Part shown: piece after piece, positions 38,439-47,906 of the stretch
How positions within the stretch are numbered: the stretch's first letter is position 1
Layout of the letters: every line of letters starts with the position of its first letter
Assembly (NCBI GenBank): GCA_963630065.1
Contig: CAVGLH010000001.1
Coordinates: 2,282 to 66,281, forward strand
Direction: 5' to 3'
DNA length: 64,000 bases
Source of the DNA: Bacteroides fragilis
GTDB lineage: Bacteria > Bacteroidota > Bacteroidia > Bacteroidales > Bacteroidaceae
Notes under the pieces: model-generated
The model's database searches: none
Told to the model about the DNA's origin: nothing
What the model saw: only the letters and a program-made list of their open reading frames with translations
Position numbers and translations under genes: made by a program

Positions 38439-41400
38439 TTATTCATTTTTGCGTTTTTCCCCCGGCACCATCGCCTCTATCCTCAGACATCCACCCTCAC
38501 CCCTCGCAGCCTGGATACCGCAGCCGCGCAGATTGGTCATCTCGCCCATCTCCCTCACTATCTGCCGACAGAGCAGGTAGCGCAGGTCGCTGGTGAGCGG
38601 CGTAAATAGCTGAGCATGCAGCGAGGCATCGTAGTTCACGTCCCTCTGCTCCACATAGAGCTGGGCATAGCGCGAGTCCAGGCATCCGCTCGTTCCCAGC
38701 ACGGCGTTGCGCGAGTCGCCCTTCATTAGCTCGCCGAGCCAATGAAAGAGGAACTCGTCATACTTCACGTTTCCCTCCACCTGCTCCATCGCCTGGGCAC
38801 TGAGCATGGCATAGAGCGACTTATAATAGTCAACCAGCTCGGAGAGCGAGTCCACGTCGGTGGGGTTGCCGTCCACGAGCTGCCGGATGCGCGAGGGATA
38901 GTACATCGTCTCATGCTTGAGCGTGGAGAGGCAGTTGTCCAGCACCGAGTTGGAGATGTGCAGCTTGTCGTTCTCATACTCGGCCCTGTGCAGCTCGTCC
39001 TCCGCCAACTCCAGGTTCAGCTCCTCGCTGACCGCATCATTCACGCTCTGCCTCCTGGCCTTCTCCACCACGGAGAAGCGATAATTGAGCACATGGCGAT
39101 AGTAAAACAGATAGTAGGCAAGGGGCAGCTGTAACAGCAGCAACACGAGCAGTATCACGGCTACCGTCTTCGAGTTTTTCGACGACTGCATAGTGCGCAC
39201 GTAGTCGTCGAGCGTGCGGTCGGCACTGCGTTCTCGGAAGAGCTGGGTATACACCTTGTTGTTACTCTCATAGAGCGTCCACCTGTGCAGGGCCAGGGCC
39301 GCCACGGCACTCTCATTGCGCAGGTCGAGGATCACGTCATAGCTGGTGGGCAGCCCGTCATGAAACCACTTAATCTCGGCGGCCTCGCCCACCTGCGGAT
39401 TCCTCACCATCAGGTATTTGCCATCCGGATGACGCGACAGGTAATATTGGTTGAGATAGTGACGCGCCGAGTCGGCGAAGGAGAGTGTGCGCTCGTAGGT
39501 GGCATTGATGTTGCTGAAATAAGCACTGTCGGCGAAGGCATCGGCCCGGTCCAGAAGGGGCGATGCGGCTGCTTTCTCCCCGTCATGACGATGCTGCACG
39601 CCAGAGGCCTTGTTGGCCCAGCCACTCATGGGCACCAGGAAGAGCACAAGGCCAAGAAGTAAAGTCCCCACCACCTTGCGCCGCAAGCCGCAGGGCAGGC
39701 GGAAGGAAAAATTCGTGCCACGTCCCTCCTCGCTCTCGGCCCTTATCTGGCACACTGCGAAGAGGCTGCTCATCTTTTTGTATTTCTCGATGATGCCCTT
39801 GCAGTTGAGGAGTCCAAAGCCATGCCCTCCCGTATAGGTGCGGTCGAAGACATGGGACAGTTCCTCCTCGCTCATTCCTGCCCCTGTGTCGGAGATGGTT
39901 ATTTCCACATATCCCCCTTTCCCGACGGTCTCAACGGCCTGTGCACCCACCGACACCCGGCCTCCCGAGGGGGTAAACTTGCGGGCGTTGTCGGCCATGG
40001 TATTGATCATGAATAGCGTGAGAGTGCGATCGGCCTTCACCCATGCGTCTGTGGGCTCCACGTCCAGACTGATGCCCTTCATCTGGAAGCTCATCTTGCC
40101 CTTGGCCACGATGTCGAAGAGCAGCTGCAGCGGGAAACTCTCGATGCGGAGGCTCAGGCTACCCTGGCGCATCTGTATCCACTGGGTGAGCACCTCGTTG
40201 TATTGGTTAATCTTGGCGGCCAGCTCAGAGATATACTGGTAGCGCTCCCTTCTCACTGTCTCGCTCTCCCCGCCCTCGCGCAGGCGGTTCACCTCCAGTA
40301 TCATGCGGTCGATGAAGGGCGTGATGCTATTCACGAGCGACACCTTGGCCCGCTGCTCCAGATTGCGTTTCTTGCCCTGCTCTATGTGCTGGTTGGTCAC
40401 GGCTAGCTGCTCCAGCACCTCCTCCTTCTTCTCCCTCAACTCATTGATTTTCCTCTCGTTGTCCCGTTTCCATTCCCTCAGTGGGGAGAGCAGGTCATCG
40501 ATGGTTTTCTTCTTCAGATTCTTGCGCTTCATGCGGTCGAACACCAAGAGGAGCCCCAGCAGCAGCACAATCATCCCCACCACAGCCGTAATCATCCAGT
40601 TGAGCTGGGCGGCGTTGGTTTCCAGCAGGGCCGCCCGGGCCTCCAACTGGCGGTCTTGGCGCGACATTTCCTGCAGGTCGAGATAAATGTTGCGATTGTA
40701 GTCACTCTTGGGCTTGTCGTCTACGGCGGAATATACGAGGCTCAGCCGCTCCCGGATGGAAGCCACGAGGTCGGGGGCCTGGCAGATGGCCGAGTTGTCG
40801 TCGAGGGCATGGTTAAGGCATTCAGCCGCAGAGGCGTAATCGCCTATCACCCAAAAACATTCGGCCAGTGTGCGGTAAGCACCGGCCGTCTGGTAAACGT
40901 CGCCATAGGAGGAAAAAAGGTTGAGAGCCCTCTGCGCCAGGTTGCCGGCCAGCAAATGCTGAGGCATCTGCTCAGTGTTGAGATATTGGAAAGCAGGCAA
41001 GTTGTTTTTCACCAGAAAATCGCTCACTTCCCCTTTCTGGAGGTGCTCGCTGATGGCCTGCAAGGCGTTGGCCTGCCAGTAGGGATAGGGGTTCTTGGAA
41101 TTGCTGGCCAGCATATAGCATTCAATCAGGCGGTCGAACTCCAGCTGGTTGATTTCATTGACGCTCCCGTTGACATAGGCTCCACCGGAGCCGAAGTTGT
41201 AAAGATAGTTGAGATACTGGGCCGTGTCTTGCTCCAGCTCGTCGGCATCCAAGTGGCCGAGGGCCTGCTGCATGGGTGCATCGAGACCCACGTAATAAAA
41301 ATAAGTGGCATCTACGATGTCAAATTCCGACTTGGCGTAGACGGCTCGGTGCTGCTCCCTAGGAGGCAGGGTACTGGCCTCCTCGCCTATCCTGCGCAGT

Positions 41401-41810
41401 CGCTGCTTTGCCTTCTCGCGATAAGAATAAAAGTCTTTGTTGTGGGCCTCTCGCTGGCAGAGGCGCATACTCTGCACGTCGGCGATGAGGATTTCTATCT
41501 GGTGGTCGCTCACCTCGCCCACCTTCTCCAACCATTGCTTGGCCTTGTTATAGTCCATCTTGGCCATAGCCACAAAGGCCAAGTTGTTGCAGGCCTCGGC
41601 ATAGCCTGCGGGATAGTCGTCGGCAAGTCTCAAGGCTTTATAGGCCAGCAGCTTGGTGGAGTCTAGGTTACGGTAATGATAGGCATAGGAAAGAGCGTTC
41701 AGCCTATCCACCTCGCCCTTATGCGAGGGCGAACAAGCCGAAAAACAAGAAGCCGCCATCGCCACCGAGGCGATGGCGGCAAAGATTCTATCAAAATAAA
41801 TCTTGATCAA
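38439..41810 (-). CDS. Large tandem sensor histidine kinase-like protein (DUF5112/DUF5113-type)
   Basis: N-terminal signal with FSAC; TPR-like helices; TM; HATPase boxes (DNARKFT, DTGAGM, GHGFGL, GRGTNF); two more hydrophobic segments; KHE His box near the C-terminus; TTG start uncertain. Confidence 0.85.
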   Translation of the reverse strand: MIKIYFDRIFAAIASVAMAASCFSACSPSHKGEVDRLNALSYAYHYRNLDSTKLLAYKALRLADDYPAGYAEACNNLAFVAMAKMDYNKAKQWLEKVGEVSDHQIEILIADVQSMRLCQREAHNKDFYSYREKAKQRLRRIGEEASTLPPREQHRAVYAKSEFDIVDATYFYYVGLDAPMQQALGHLDADELEQDTAQYLNYLYNFGSGGAYVNGSVNEINQLEFDRLIECYMLASNSKNPYPYWQANALQAISEHLQKGEVSDFLVKNNLPAFQYLNTEQMPQHLLAGNLAQRALNLFSSYGDVYQTAGAYRTLAECFWVIGDYASAAECLNHALDDNSAICQAPDLVASIRERLSLVYSAVDDKPKSDYNRNIYLDLQEMSRQDRQLEARAALLETNAAQLNWMITAVVGMIVLLLGLLLVFDRMKRKNLKKKTIDDLLSPLREWKRDNERKINELREKKEEVLEQLAVTNQHIEQGKKRNLEQRAKVSLVNSITPFIDRMILEVNRLREGGESETVRRERYQYISELAAKINQYNEVLTQWIQMRQGSLSLRIESFPLQLLFDIVAKGKMSFQMKGISLDVEPTDAWVKADRTLTLFMINTMADNARKFTPSGGRVSVGAQAVETVGKGGYVEITISDTGAGMSEEELSHVFDRTYTGGHGFGLLNCKGIIEKYKKMSSLFAVCQIRAESEEGRGTNFSFRLPCGLRRKVVGTLLLGLVLFLVPMSGWANKASGVQHRHDGEKAAASPLLDRADAFADSAYFSNINATYERTLSFADSARHYLNQYYLSRHPDGKYLMVRNPQVGEAAEIKWFHDGLPTSYDVILDLRNESAVAALALHRWTLYESNNKVYTQLFRERSADRTLDDYVRTMQSSKNSKTVAVILLVLLLLQLPLAYYLFYYRHVLNYRFSVVEKARRQSVNDAVSEELNLELAEDELHRAEYENDKLHISNSVLDNCLSTLKHETMYYPSRIRQLVDGNPTDVDSLSELVDYYKSLYAMLSAQAMEQVEGNVKYDEFLFHWLGELMKGDSRNAVLGTSGCLDSRYAQLYVEQRDVNYDASLHAQLFTPLTSDLRYLLCRQIVREMGEMTNLRGCGIQAARGEGGCLRIEAMVPGEKRKNE

Positions 41811-41828
41811 GAATTGCCAACCGAAAAT

Positions 41829-42500
41829 TTATCCGCGGGCCTTGGCGATATAGCCGAGAGCCTCCTGGCACTTTGCGGTGATTGCAGCCCAATCCTGAGC
41901 GGCCACGGTATCCTTGGGGAAGAGCTTGGAACCCATGCCCACGCAGAGCACGCCAGCCTTGATCCAAGGAGTGAGGTTCTCCTCTGTAGGCTCCACGGCA
42001 CCCGTCACCATGATGTTGCTCCAGCGCAGAGGAGCCATCACATTCTTGACAAACGAAGGACCGCCCACATTGCCTGCGGGGAACACCTTTGTAACGTCGC
42101 AGCCAGCGGCCTGGGCGTTGTTGATTTCCGTCACCGAACCACAACCTGGCGAATAAGGCACCAAGCGACGGTTGCAGACGGGAGCAATCTCGGGGTTGAA
42201 GTTAGGACCAACGATGAAGTTGGCGCCCAACTGGAGATACAAGGCAGCCGTGCCTGCGTCAATGACTGTACCAGCTCCAAGAATCAACTCGGGGCACTCC
42301 TTGTCGGCCCACTTCACCAACTCACCGAAAATTTCGTGGGCGAAATCGCCACGATTGGTGAACTCGAACACGCGAACTCCACCCTCGTAGCAAGCCTTGA
42401 TTACGTTTTTACAAACCTCTACGTCCTTATTGAAGAACACAGGTACCATACCAGTCTCTTTCATGGCTGCCATCACCTGCATTTTGCTAAACTTTGCCAT
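41829..42500 (-). CDS. eda: KHG/KDPG aldolase
   Basis: EFTNRG, GAGTV, FIVGP, PGC..VTE, KVFPA, TGAV, GMGS. Confidence 0.93.
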   Translation of the reverse strand: MAKFSKMQVMAAMKETGMVPVFFNKDVEVCKNVIKACYEGGVRVFEFTNRGDFAHEIFGELVKWADKECPELILGAGTVIDAGTAALYLQLGANFIVGPNFNPEIAPVCNRRLVPYSPGCGSVTEINNAQAAGCDVTKVFPAGNVGGPSFVKNVMAPLRWSNIMVTGAVEPTEENLTPWIKAGVLCVGMGSKLFPKDTVAAQDWAAITAKCQEALGYIAKARG

Positions 42501-42535
42501 TATTTTTATGTTTTATGTATAATGTAAATGTTTGA

Positions 42536-43558
42536 TTATCGCTGTACGCGGCCATTTGCGTTGCCACCGGCCAGGCTCTCCACCTCGTCTACGGAAACCA
42601 GGTTGAAATCGCCAGGGATAGTGTGCTTCAAGGCAGATGCAGCCACGGCAAACTCAAGAGCCTCGCCCTGAGTCTCCTTGGTCAAGAGACCGTGGATCAA
42701 ACCGCCAGAGAAAGAGTCGCCACCGCCCACGCGGTCGATGATGGGATTGATGTCGTAGTGCTTGCTCTGATAGAACTCCTTGCCATCATAGATAAGAGCC
42801 TTCCAACCGTTGTGAGTGGCCGAGAGTGATTCGCGGAGAGTGGAAACCACATACTTAAAGCCAAACTCCTTCATCATGCCCTGGAAGATACCATAGTAGC
42901 CCTCTGCATCTGTCTTGCCGCCCTCTACGTCGGCATCTGGCTTGAAGCCCAGACAGAGCTGCGCATCCTCCTCATTGCCGATGCATACGTCTACATACTG
43001 CATCAAGGGGCGCATCACGGAGATAGCCTTTTCCGATGTCCACAGCTTCTTGCGGAAGTTGAGATCTACCGACACCGTCACGCCATGACGCTTGGCAGCC
43101 TCGCAAGCCAACTTGGTAAGCTCTGCGGCCTTGTCACTGATGGCCGGGGTGATGCCGCTCCAGTGGAACCACTGTGCGCCCTCCATAATCTTGTCGAAGT
43201 CGAAATCAGATGGGTCGGCCTCTGCGATAGCGCTGTGGGCGCGGTCGTAAATCACCTTGGAAGGACGCATCGAAGCACCAGTCTCTGCATAATAGAGACC
43301 CACACGGTCACCACCACGGGCCACAAAGTCTGTATTCACGCCATAACGACGGAGACCGTTCACGGCAATCTGTCCAATCTCATGCTTTGGCAACTTTGAC
43401 ACAAAGTAAGCCTCATGCCCATAGTTGGCCAAGCTCACAGCCACGTTGGCCTCGCCACCGCCAGGGATGATGCGAAGTGACTCACTCTGAATGAAACGGT
43501 CGTTGCCCTCGGGTGACAAACGAAGCATAATCTCGCCTAATGTTACTACTTTAGCCAT
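42536..43558 (-). CDS. kdgK: 2-keto-3-deoxygluconate kinase (PfkB family)
   Basis: GEIMLRL, GGGEANVA, YDRAHSA, SGITPA, DLNFRKKLW, DRVGGGDSF; adjacent to eda. Confidence 0.92.
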   Translation of the reverse strand: MAKVVTLGEIMLRLSPEGNDRFIQSESLRIIPGGGEANVAVSLANYGHEAYFVSKLPKHEIGQIAVNGLRRYGVNTDFVARGGDRVGLYYAETGASMRPSKVIYDRAHSAIAEADPSDFDFDKIMEGAQWFHWSGITPAISDKAAELTKLACEAAKRHGVTVSVDLNFRKKLWTSEKAISVMRPLMQYVDVCIGNEEDAQLCLGFKPDADVEGGKTDAEGYYGIFQGMMKEFGFKYVVSTLRESLSATHNGWKALIYDGKEFYQSKHYDINPIIDRVGGGDSFSGGLIHGLLTKETQGEALEFAVAASALKHTIPGDFNLVSVDEVESLAGGNANGRVQR

Positions 43559-43696
43559 TGTTTGATAGTTTTAATTTATTGTTTTTATTTTGTTTGTTTA
43601 TAGTCGGAATCTATATTCGAGGGCAAAAATAACCATAATTTCTCGAATAAAGAAATAAAATCATATTTTTTTTTGTTTTTCGTGCAAAAAAATGGC

Positions 43697-43799
43697 TGTG
43701 CATTCGCACAATTCATTTTTTTGTTGTATTTTTGTGCCGAAATTAAGGTTTGTGGCCGAACACAACCAACCTTCTTAATACTAATTGGGTCGACGCACA
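43697..43799. promoter_or_regulatory. Three candidate LacI-family operators (TGTG-N6-CACA)
   Basis: TGTGCATTCGCACA 43697-43710, TGTGGCCGAACACA 43751-43764 and TGGGTCGACGCACA 43786-43799, around the TATTTTTG -7 element at 43727-43734. Confidence 0.6.
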
Positions 43800-43866
43800 G
43801 CGAGAACGAGACAAACCGACATTAATAAAAGGTTCGCGCGAAGCAAAGACCAACAGACAAGGAACT

Positions 43867-44931
43867 ATGGCCGAAAAAATCAGAATTAAGGATATCGCCG
43901 AGAGAGCCGGTGTATCGGTAGGCACAGTGGACAGAGTGCTCCACGACCGCCCCAACGTGTCGAAGCCGGCACGCGATAAGGTGGAGAAAGCCCTCAAAGA
44001 GATGAACTATCAGCCCAACATGTATGCCAGTGCCCTGGCATACAACAAATCGTATACCTTCTACATGCTTATCCCCAAGCACGAATCGGAGGCTTACTGG
44101 GAAGAGATTGAGGAGGGGGCGAAGAAATGCGAGGAGACCCGCCGCGACTTTCACATCGACGTGGGAATCACCTTTTTCGAGCGAAGCAACGAGGAGTCGT
44201 TTCGCAAGGCCGGGCTCGACATCCTGGCACAAGAGCCGGAAGGCGTCATCGTGGTTCCGTCGTCGTTGGAGGTGACGCGCGAGTTCACGGAAGCACTCCA
44301 CAAGAGAAGCATCCCCTTCATCCTCCTCGACTCCTACATGCCCGACCTGCGCCCCCTGTCCTTCTTCGGCCAGGATTCGTTCTGCTCGGGATTCTTTGCC
44401 GCCAAAATACTCATGATGATAGCGGCGAAAGAGACGGAGATCATGCTGATGAGACAGACCAAAGACGGAAGAGTGGTGAGCAAGCAGCAGGACAATCGAG
44501 AGGTGGGCTTCCGCCACTACATGCACGACCACTTCCCCAGCGTGAAGATCTTCGACCTCGACCTGCCGCTAAACGGGTCGCGCGCCGAATATGCCAAGAT
44601 GCTGGAGAAATACTTCGCCGACCACCCCGACACCCACCACTGCATCACCCTCACGTCGAAGGCCCACATCGTGGGCGACTTCCTGCTGAAGGCCAACCGC
44701 CGCGACGTGCAGATCATGGGCTATGACATGGTGGAGAAGAACGCCCGCTGCCTCAGGGAGGGCAGCATCTCCTTCCTCATCGCCCAGCATGCCTACATGC
44801 AGGGCTACTCGTGCGTGGAAACTCTCTTCCGGGCTATCGTGCTCAAAAAGAAGGTGACTCCGGTGAACTACATGCCCATCGAACTGCTCATGAAGGAGAA
44901 CGTGGACTTCTACAGAAGGACACAGTTGTAA
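43867..44931 (+). CDS. LacI-family regulator of the hexuronate/KDG genes (KdgR-like)
   Basis: IKDIAERAGVSVGTVDRVL HTH, YQPN..A..L hinge, sugar-binding domain; divergent from kdgK and upstream of uxaA; start at 43867. Confidence 0.9.
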   Translation: MAEKIRIKDIAERAGVSVGTVDRVLHDRPNVSKPARDKVEKALKEMNYQPNMYASALAYNKSYTFYMLIPKHESEAYWEEIEEGAKKCEETRRDFHIDVGITFFERSNEESFRKAGLDILAQEPEGVIVVPSSLEVTREFTEALHKRSIPFILLDSYMPDLRPLSFFGQDSFCSGFFAAKILMMIAAKETEIMLMRQTKDGRVVSKQQDNREVGFRHYMHDHFPSVKIFDLDLPLNGSRAEYAKMLEKYFADHPDTHHCITLTSKAHIVGDFLLKANRRDVQIMGYDMVEKNARCLREGSISFLIAQHAYMQGYSCVETLFRAIVLKKKVTPVNYMPIELLMKENVDFYRRTQL

Positions 44932-44969
44932 ATCGAGTATTATACATAAACTATAAAAACTATCTACAG

Positions 44970-46466
44970 ATGAAACTATCAAGCTTTATCAAAATCAACC
45001 CTGCCGACTCGGTAGTGGTTTGTCTGCGCCCCATGAAGAAGGGCGAGACCATTGAGGTGGATGGCAAGACCATCACCCTGCTGCAGGACACCCCTGCCGG
45101 ACACAAGGTGCTCATCGACGATGCACCCGAGGGAAAGGACATCATCAAGTATGGCTACCCTATCGGACACGCAAAAGCAGACCTGAAGGCAGGCGAATGG
45201 GTGAACGAGAACAACCTCAAGACCAACCTGGCCGGAACCTTGGAATACACCTACAACCCCGTGGGCGAGCAGCTGAGCATCGCCCAGGAGAATCGCTCGT
45301 TCAAGGGCTACGTGCGCAAGAACGGCGAGGTGGGCGTGAGAAACGAAATATGGGTGGTTCCCACCGTGGGCTGCGTGAACGGCGTGGCCGAGAAACTGGT
45401 GGAACTCCTGAAGAAGGAGACCGGATGCGAGGGCGTAGACGCCATCCATGCCTGGCACCACAACTTCGGTTGCTCCCAGCTCTCGGGCGACCACGAGAAC
45501 ACACGCAAGGTGTTGCGCGACATCTGCCTCCACCCCAACGCAGGTGCCGTATTGGTGCTCTCGCTGGGCTGTGAGAACAACCAGCCCGACGCCTTCATGG
45601 AAATGCTGGGCGACTATGACAATGACCGCATCAAGCTGCTCGTGACGCAAAAGGTGGAGGGTGACGAAGTAGAGGAGGGAATGAAAATCCTGCGCGACCT
45701 TTACCAAACTGCCAAGGCCGACAAGCGAGAGGATGTGCCGGTAAGCAAACTGCGCGTAGGCTTGAAATGCGGCGGATCAGACGGATTCAGCGGCATCACG
45801 GCCAACCCATTAGTGGGCGAGTTCAGCGACTGGCTGGTGGCCCAGGGCGGCACGAGCATCCTTACCGAGGTGCCGGAGATGTTTGGCGCGGAGACCATCT
45901 TGATGAACCGCTGCGAGAACAAGGAACTGTTCGACAAGACCGTACACCTCATCAATGACTTCAAGGAATACTTCCTCAGCCACGGCGAGCCTGTGGGTGA
46001 AAACCCATCACCGGGCAACAAGGCCGGCGGCATCTCTACCCTGGAGGACAAGGCACTGGGCTGCACCCAGAAATGCGGTCGCGCCCCTGTGAGCGGTGTA
46101 CTGCAATACGGCGACCGATTGGCGACCAACGGTTTGAACCTCCTCTCCGCCCCGGGCAACGACCTCGTGGCAGCCACAGCGTTGGCCTCGGCCGGATGCC
46201 AGCTCGTGCTCTTCACCACAGGCCGAGGCACCCCATTCGGCACCTTCGTGCCCACGATGAAAATTTCCACCAACAGCAATCTGGCCAAGAACAAGCCCAA
46301 CTGGATCGACTTCAACGCAGGCGAGCTGGTGGAAGGCACGGAGATGAAAGACCTCGTGAGCAAGTTTATCGACAAGATCATAGCCGTAGCAAGCGGCGAG
46401 GAAGCCCGCAACGAGTACAACGGCTATCGCGAAATCTCCATCTTCAAGAACGGAGTGACGCTTTAA
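44970..46466 (+). CDS. uxaA: Altronate dehydratase
   Basis: SAF domain (PAGHK, IIKYG.PIG), HNFGCSQ, SLGCENN, KCGGSD, ENPSPGNKAGG, FTTGRG; start at 44970. Confidence 0.93.
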   Translation: MKLSSFIKINPADSVVVCLRPMKKGETIEVDGKTITLLQDTPAGHKVLIDDAPEGKDIIKYGYPIGHAKADLKAGEWVNENNLKTNLAGTLEYTYNPVGEQLSIAQENRSFKGYVRKNGEVGVRNEIWVVPTVGCVNGVAEKLVELLKKETGCEGVDAIHAWHHNFGCSQLSGDHENTRKVLRDICLHPNAGAVLVLSLGCENNQPDAFMEMLGDYDNDRIKLLVTQKVEGDEVEEGMKILRDLYQTAKADKREDVPVSKLRVGLKCGGSDGFSGITANPLVGEFSDWLVAQGGTSILTEVPEMFGAETILMNRCENKELFDKTVHLINDFKEYFLSHGEPVGENPSPGNKAGGISTLEDKALGCTQKCGRAPVSGVLQYGDRLATNGLNLLSAPGNDLVAATALASAGCQLVLFTTGRGTPFGTFVPTMKISTNSNLAKNKPNWIDFNAGELVEGTEMKDLVSKFIDKIIAVASGEEARNEYNGYREISIFKNGVTL

Positions 46467-46482
46467 TATATAATTTACAAAT

Positions 46483-46534
46483 GTATAATGTTTAATGAAT
46501 TGTTGATGTTCCAACTAATCATTAAACATTATAC
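46483..46534. repeat. Perfect 16-bp inverted repeat built from heptamer-like units
   Basis: GTATAATGTTTAATGA / TCATTAAACATTATAC between uxaA and the NhaC gene. Confidence 0.75.
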
Positions 46535-46559
46535 GCTAATCATTTGACACCCAACATTC

Positions 46560-47864
46560 ATGAAAAAAGGACTGCTGGCGCTCTCGCCATTGATTTTACT
46601 GATAGGAATGATTGCCCTCTTCACCTGCTATTCGGCCGATGAGAGCCATAAGGACACCAACCTGTCGCTCACCGTGGCCTTCATGGTGTCGAGTATCTAC
46701 GCCGTGGCCATATCCGGCGGCATGCCCGTGAAGAAGCGCATCGACACCTACAGCCGGGGTGCGGGAGCCAGCAACCTGATGCTCATGCTGTGGATATACG
46801 TGCTGGCCGGCGCATTCGCAGCCTCGGCAAAGGCGATGGGGGCCGTAGACGCCACTGTCAACTTCGCTCTGAGCGTATTGCCGGCCAATATGATATTGCC
46901 GGGGCTCTTCCTGGCCGCCTGCTTTATCTCCCTCTCGATAGGCACCAGCGTAGGCACCATCGTGGCCCTCGTACCCATTGCGGCAGGCCTGGCCAACTCC
47001 GTCGGCGCCAACCTGGCCCTCACCGTGGCCATCATCGTGGGAGGAGCCTATTTCGGCGACAACCTCTCGTTCATCTCCGACACCACCGTGGTGGCCACCC
47101 AAACGCAGGGATGCAGCATGAGCGACAAGTTTAGGGTCAACGCCCTCATCGTGGTGCCGGCCGCCGTGCTGATACTCATCGTCTATGCCGCCCTGGGCGC
47201 GGGCACCAAGGCTCCAGCCCACATCGAGGAGGTGGCCTATGCCAAGGTGCTCCCCTACCTCGTAGTTTTGGTCACCGCCATCGCCGGCATGAACGTGATG
47301 GCCGTACTCACCCTGGGCACCCTACTCTGCGGAGCCATCGGCATCATCGGACACTGCATGGGGCTGCCCGGCACCTACGACCTCTTCGGATGGTTCTCGG
47401 CCATGGGCAGCGGAGTCATCGACATGGGCGAGCTCATCATCATCGCCATGATGGCCGGAGGCATGCTGGAAATCATACGCGAGAACGGAGGCATCGACTT
47501 CGTGATCAGCAAGATAACAGCCCACGTGGGTAGCAAGCGCGGAGCCGAACTGGCCATAGCCGCCCTGGTATCGATGGTGAACATCTGCACCGCCAACAAC
47601 ACGGTGGCCATCCTCACCGTGGGCAACATCACCAAGAACATCGGCGACAAATATGGCGTTGACAAGCGCAAGGCAGCCAGCATCCTCGACACCTTCTCGT
47701 GCACCGTGCAGGGCCTCATTCCCTATGGCGTGCAGATGCTCCTGGCCGCGGGTCTGTCGGGCTTGAGCCCTATAGCCATTATGCCCTACCTCTACTATCC
47801 GGCGGCCATCGGCGTGGCAGCCTTGCTGGCCATCCTCTTCCGATACCCCAAGAGGTTCAGCTAA
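46560..47864 (+). CDS. NhaC-family transporter
   Basis: Multi-TM; GTSVGT, GAYFGDNLSFISDTT, ANNT, QGLIPYG. Confidence 0.85.
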   Translation: MKKGLLALSPLILLIGMIALFTCYSADESHKDTNLSLTVAFMVSSIYAVAISGGMPVKKRIDTYSRGAGASNLMLMLWIYVLAGAFAASAKAMGAVDATVNFALSVLPANMILPGLFLAACFISLSIGTSVGTIVALVPIAAGLANSVGANLALTVAIIVGGAYFGDNLSFISDTTVVATQTQGCSMSDKFRVNALIVVPAAVLILIVYAALGAGTKAPAHIEEVAYAKVLPYLVVLVTAIAGMNVMAVLTLGTLLCGAIGIIGHCMGLPGTYDLFGWFSAMGSGVIDMGELIIIAMMAGGMLEIIRENGGIDFVISKITAHVGSKRGAELAIAALVSMVNICTANNTVAILTVGNITKNIGDKYGVDKRKAASILDTFSCTVQGLIPYGVQMLLAAGLSGLSPIAIMPYLYYPAAIGVAALLAILFRYPKRFS

Positions 47865-47906
47865 AAAACAAGTATTAGATTCTTACATACCAAAACAGAG
47901 AAAACG

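Noticed and set aside
44811..44969. Extended starts in the ORF track (uxaA 44811, LacI 43750, C1 peptidase 13157, patatin 11647, ilvN 21050, GH51 28985, DUF3127 56138)
   Set aside because: The extensions overlap neighbouring genes, promoters or repeats; downstream ATGs fit the family N-termini and the A-rich initiation context.
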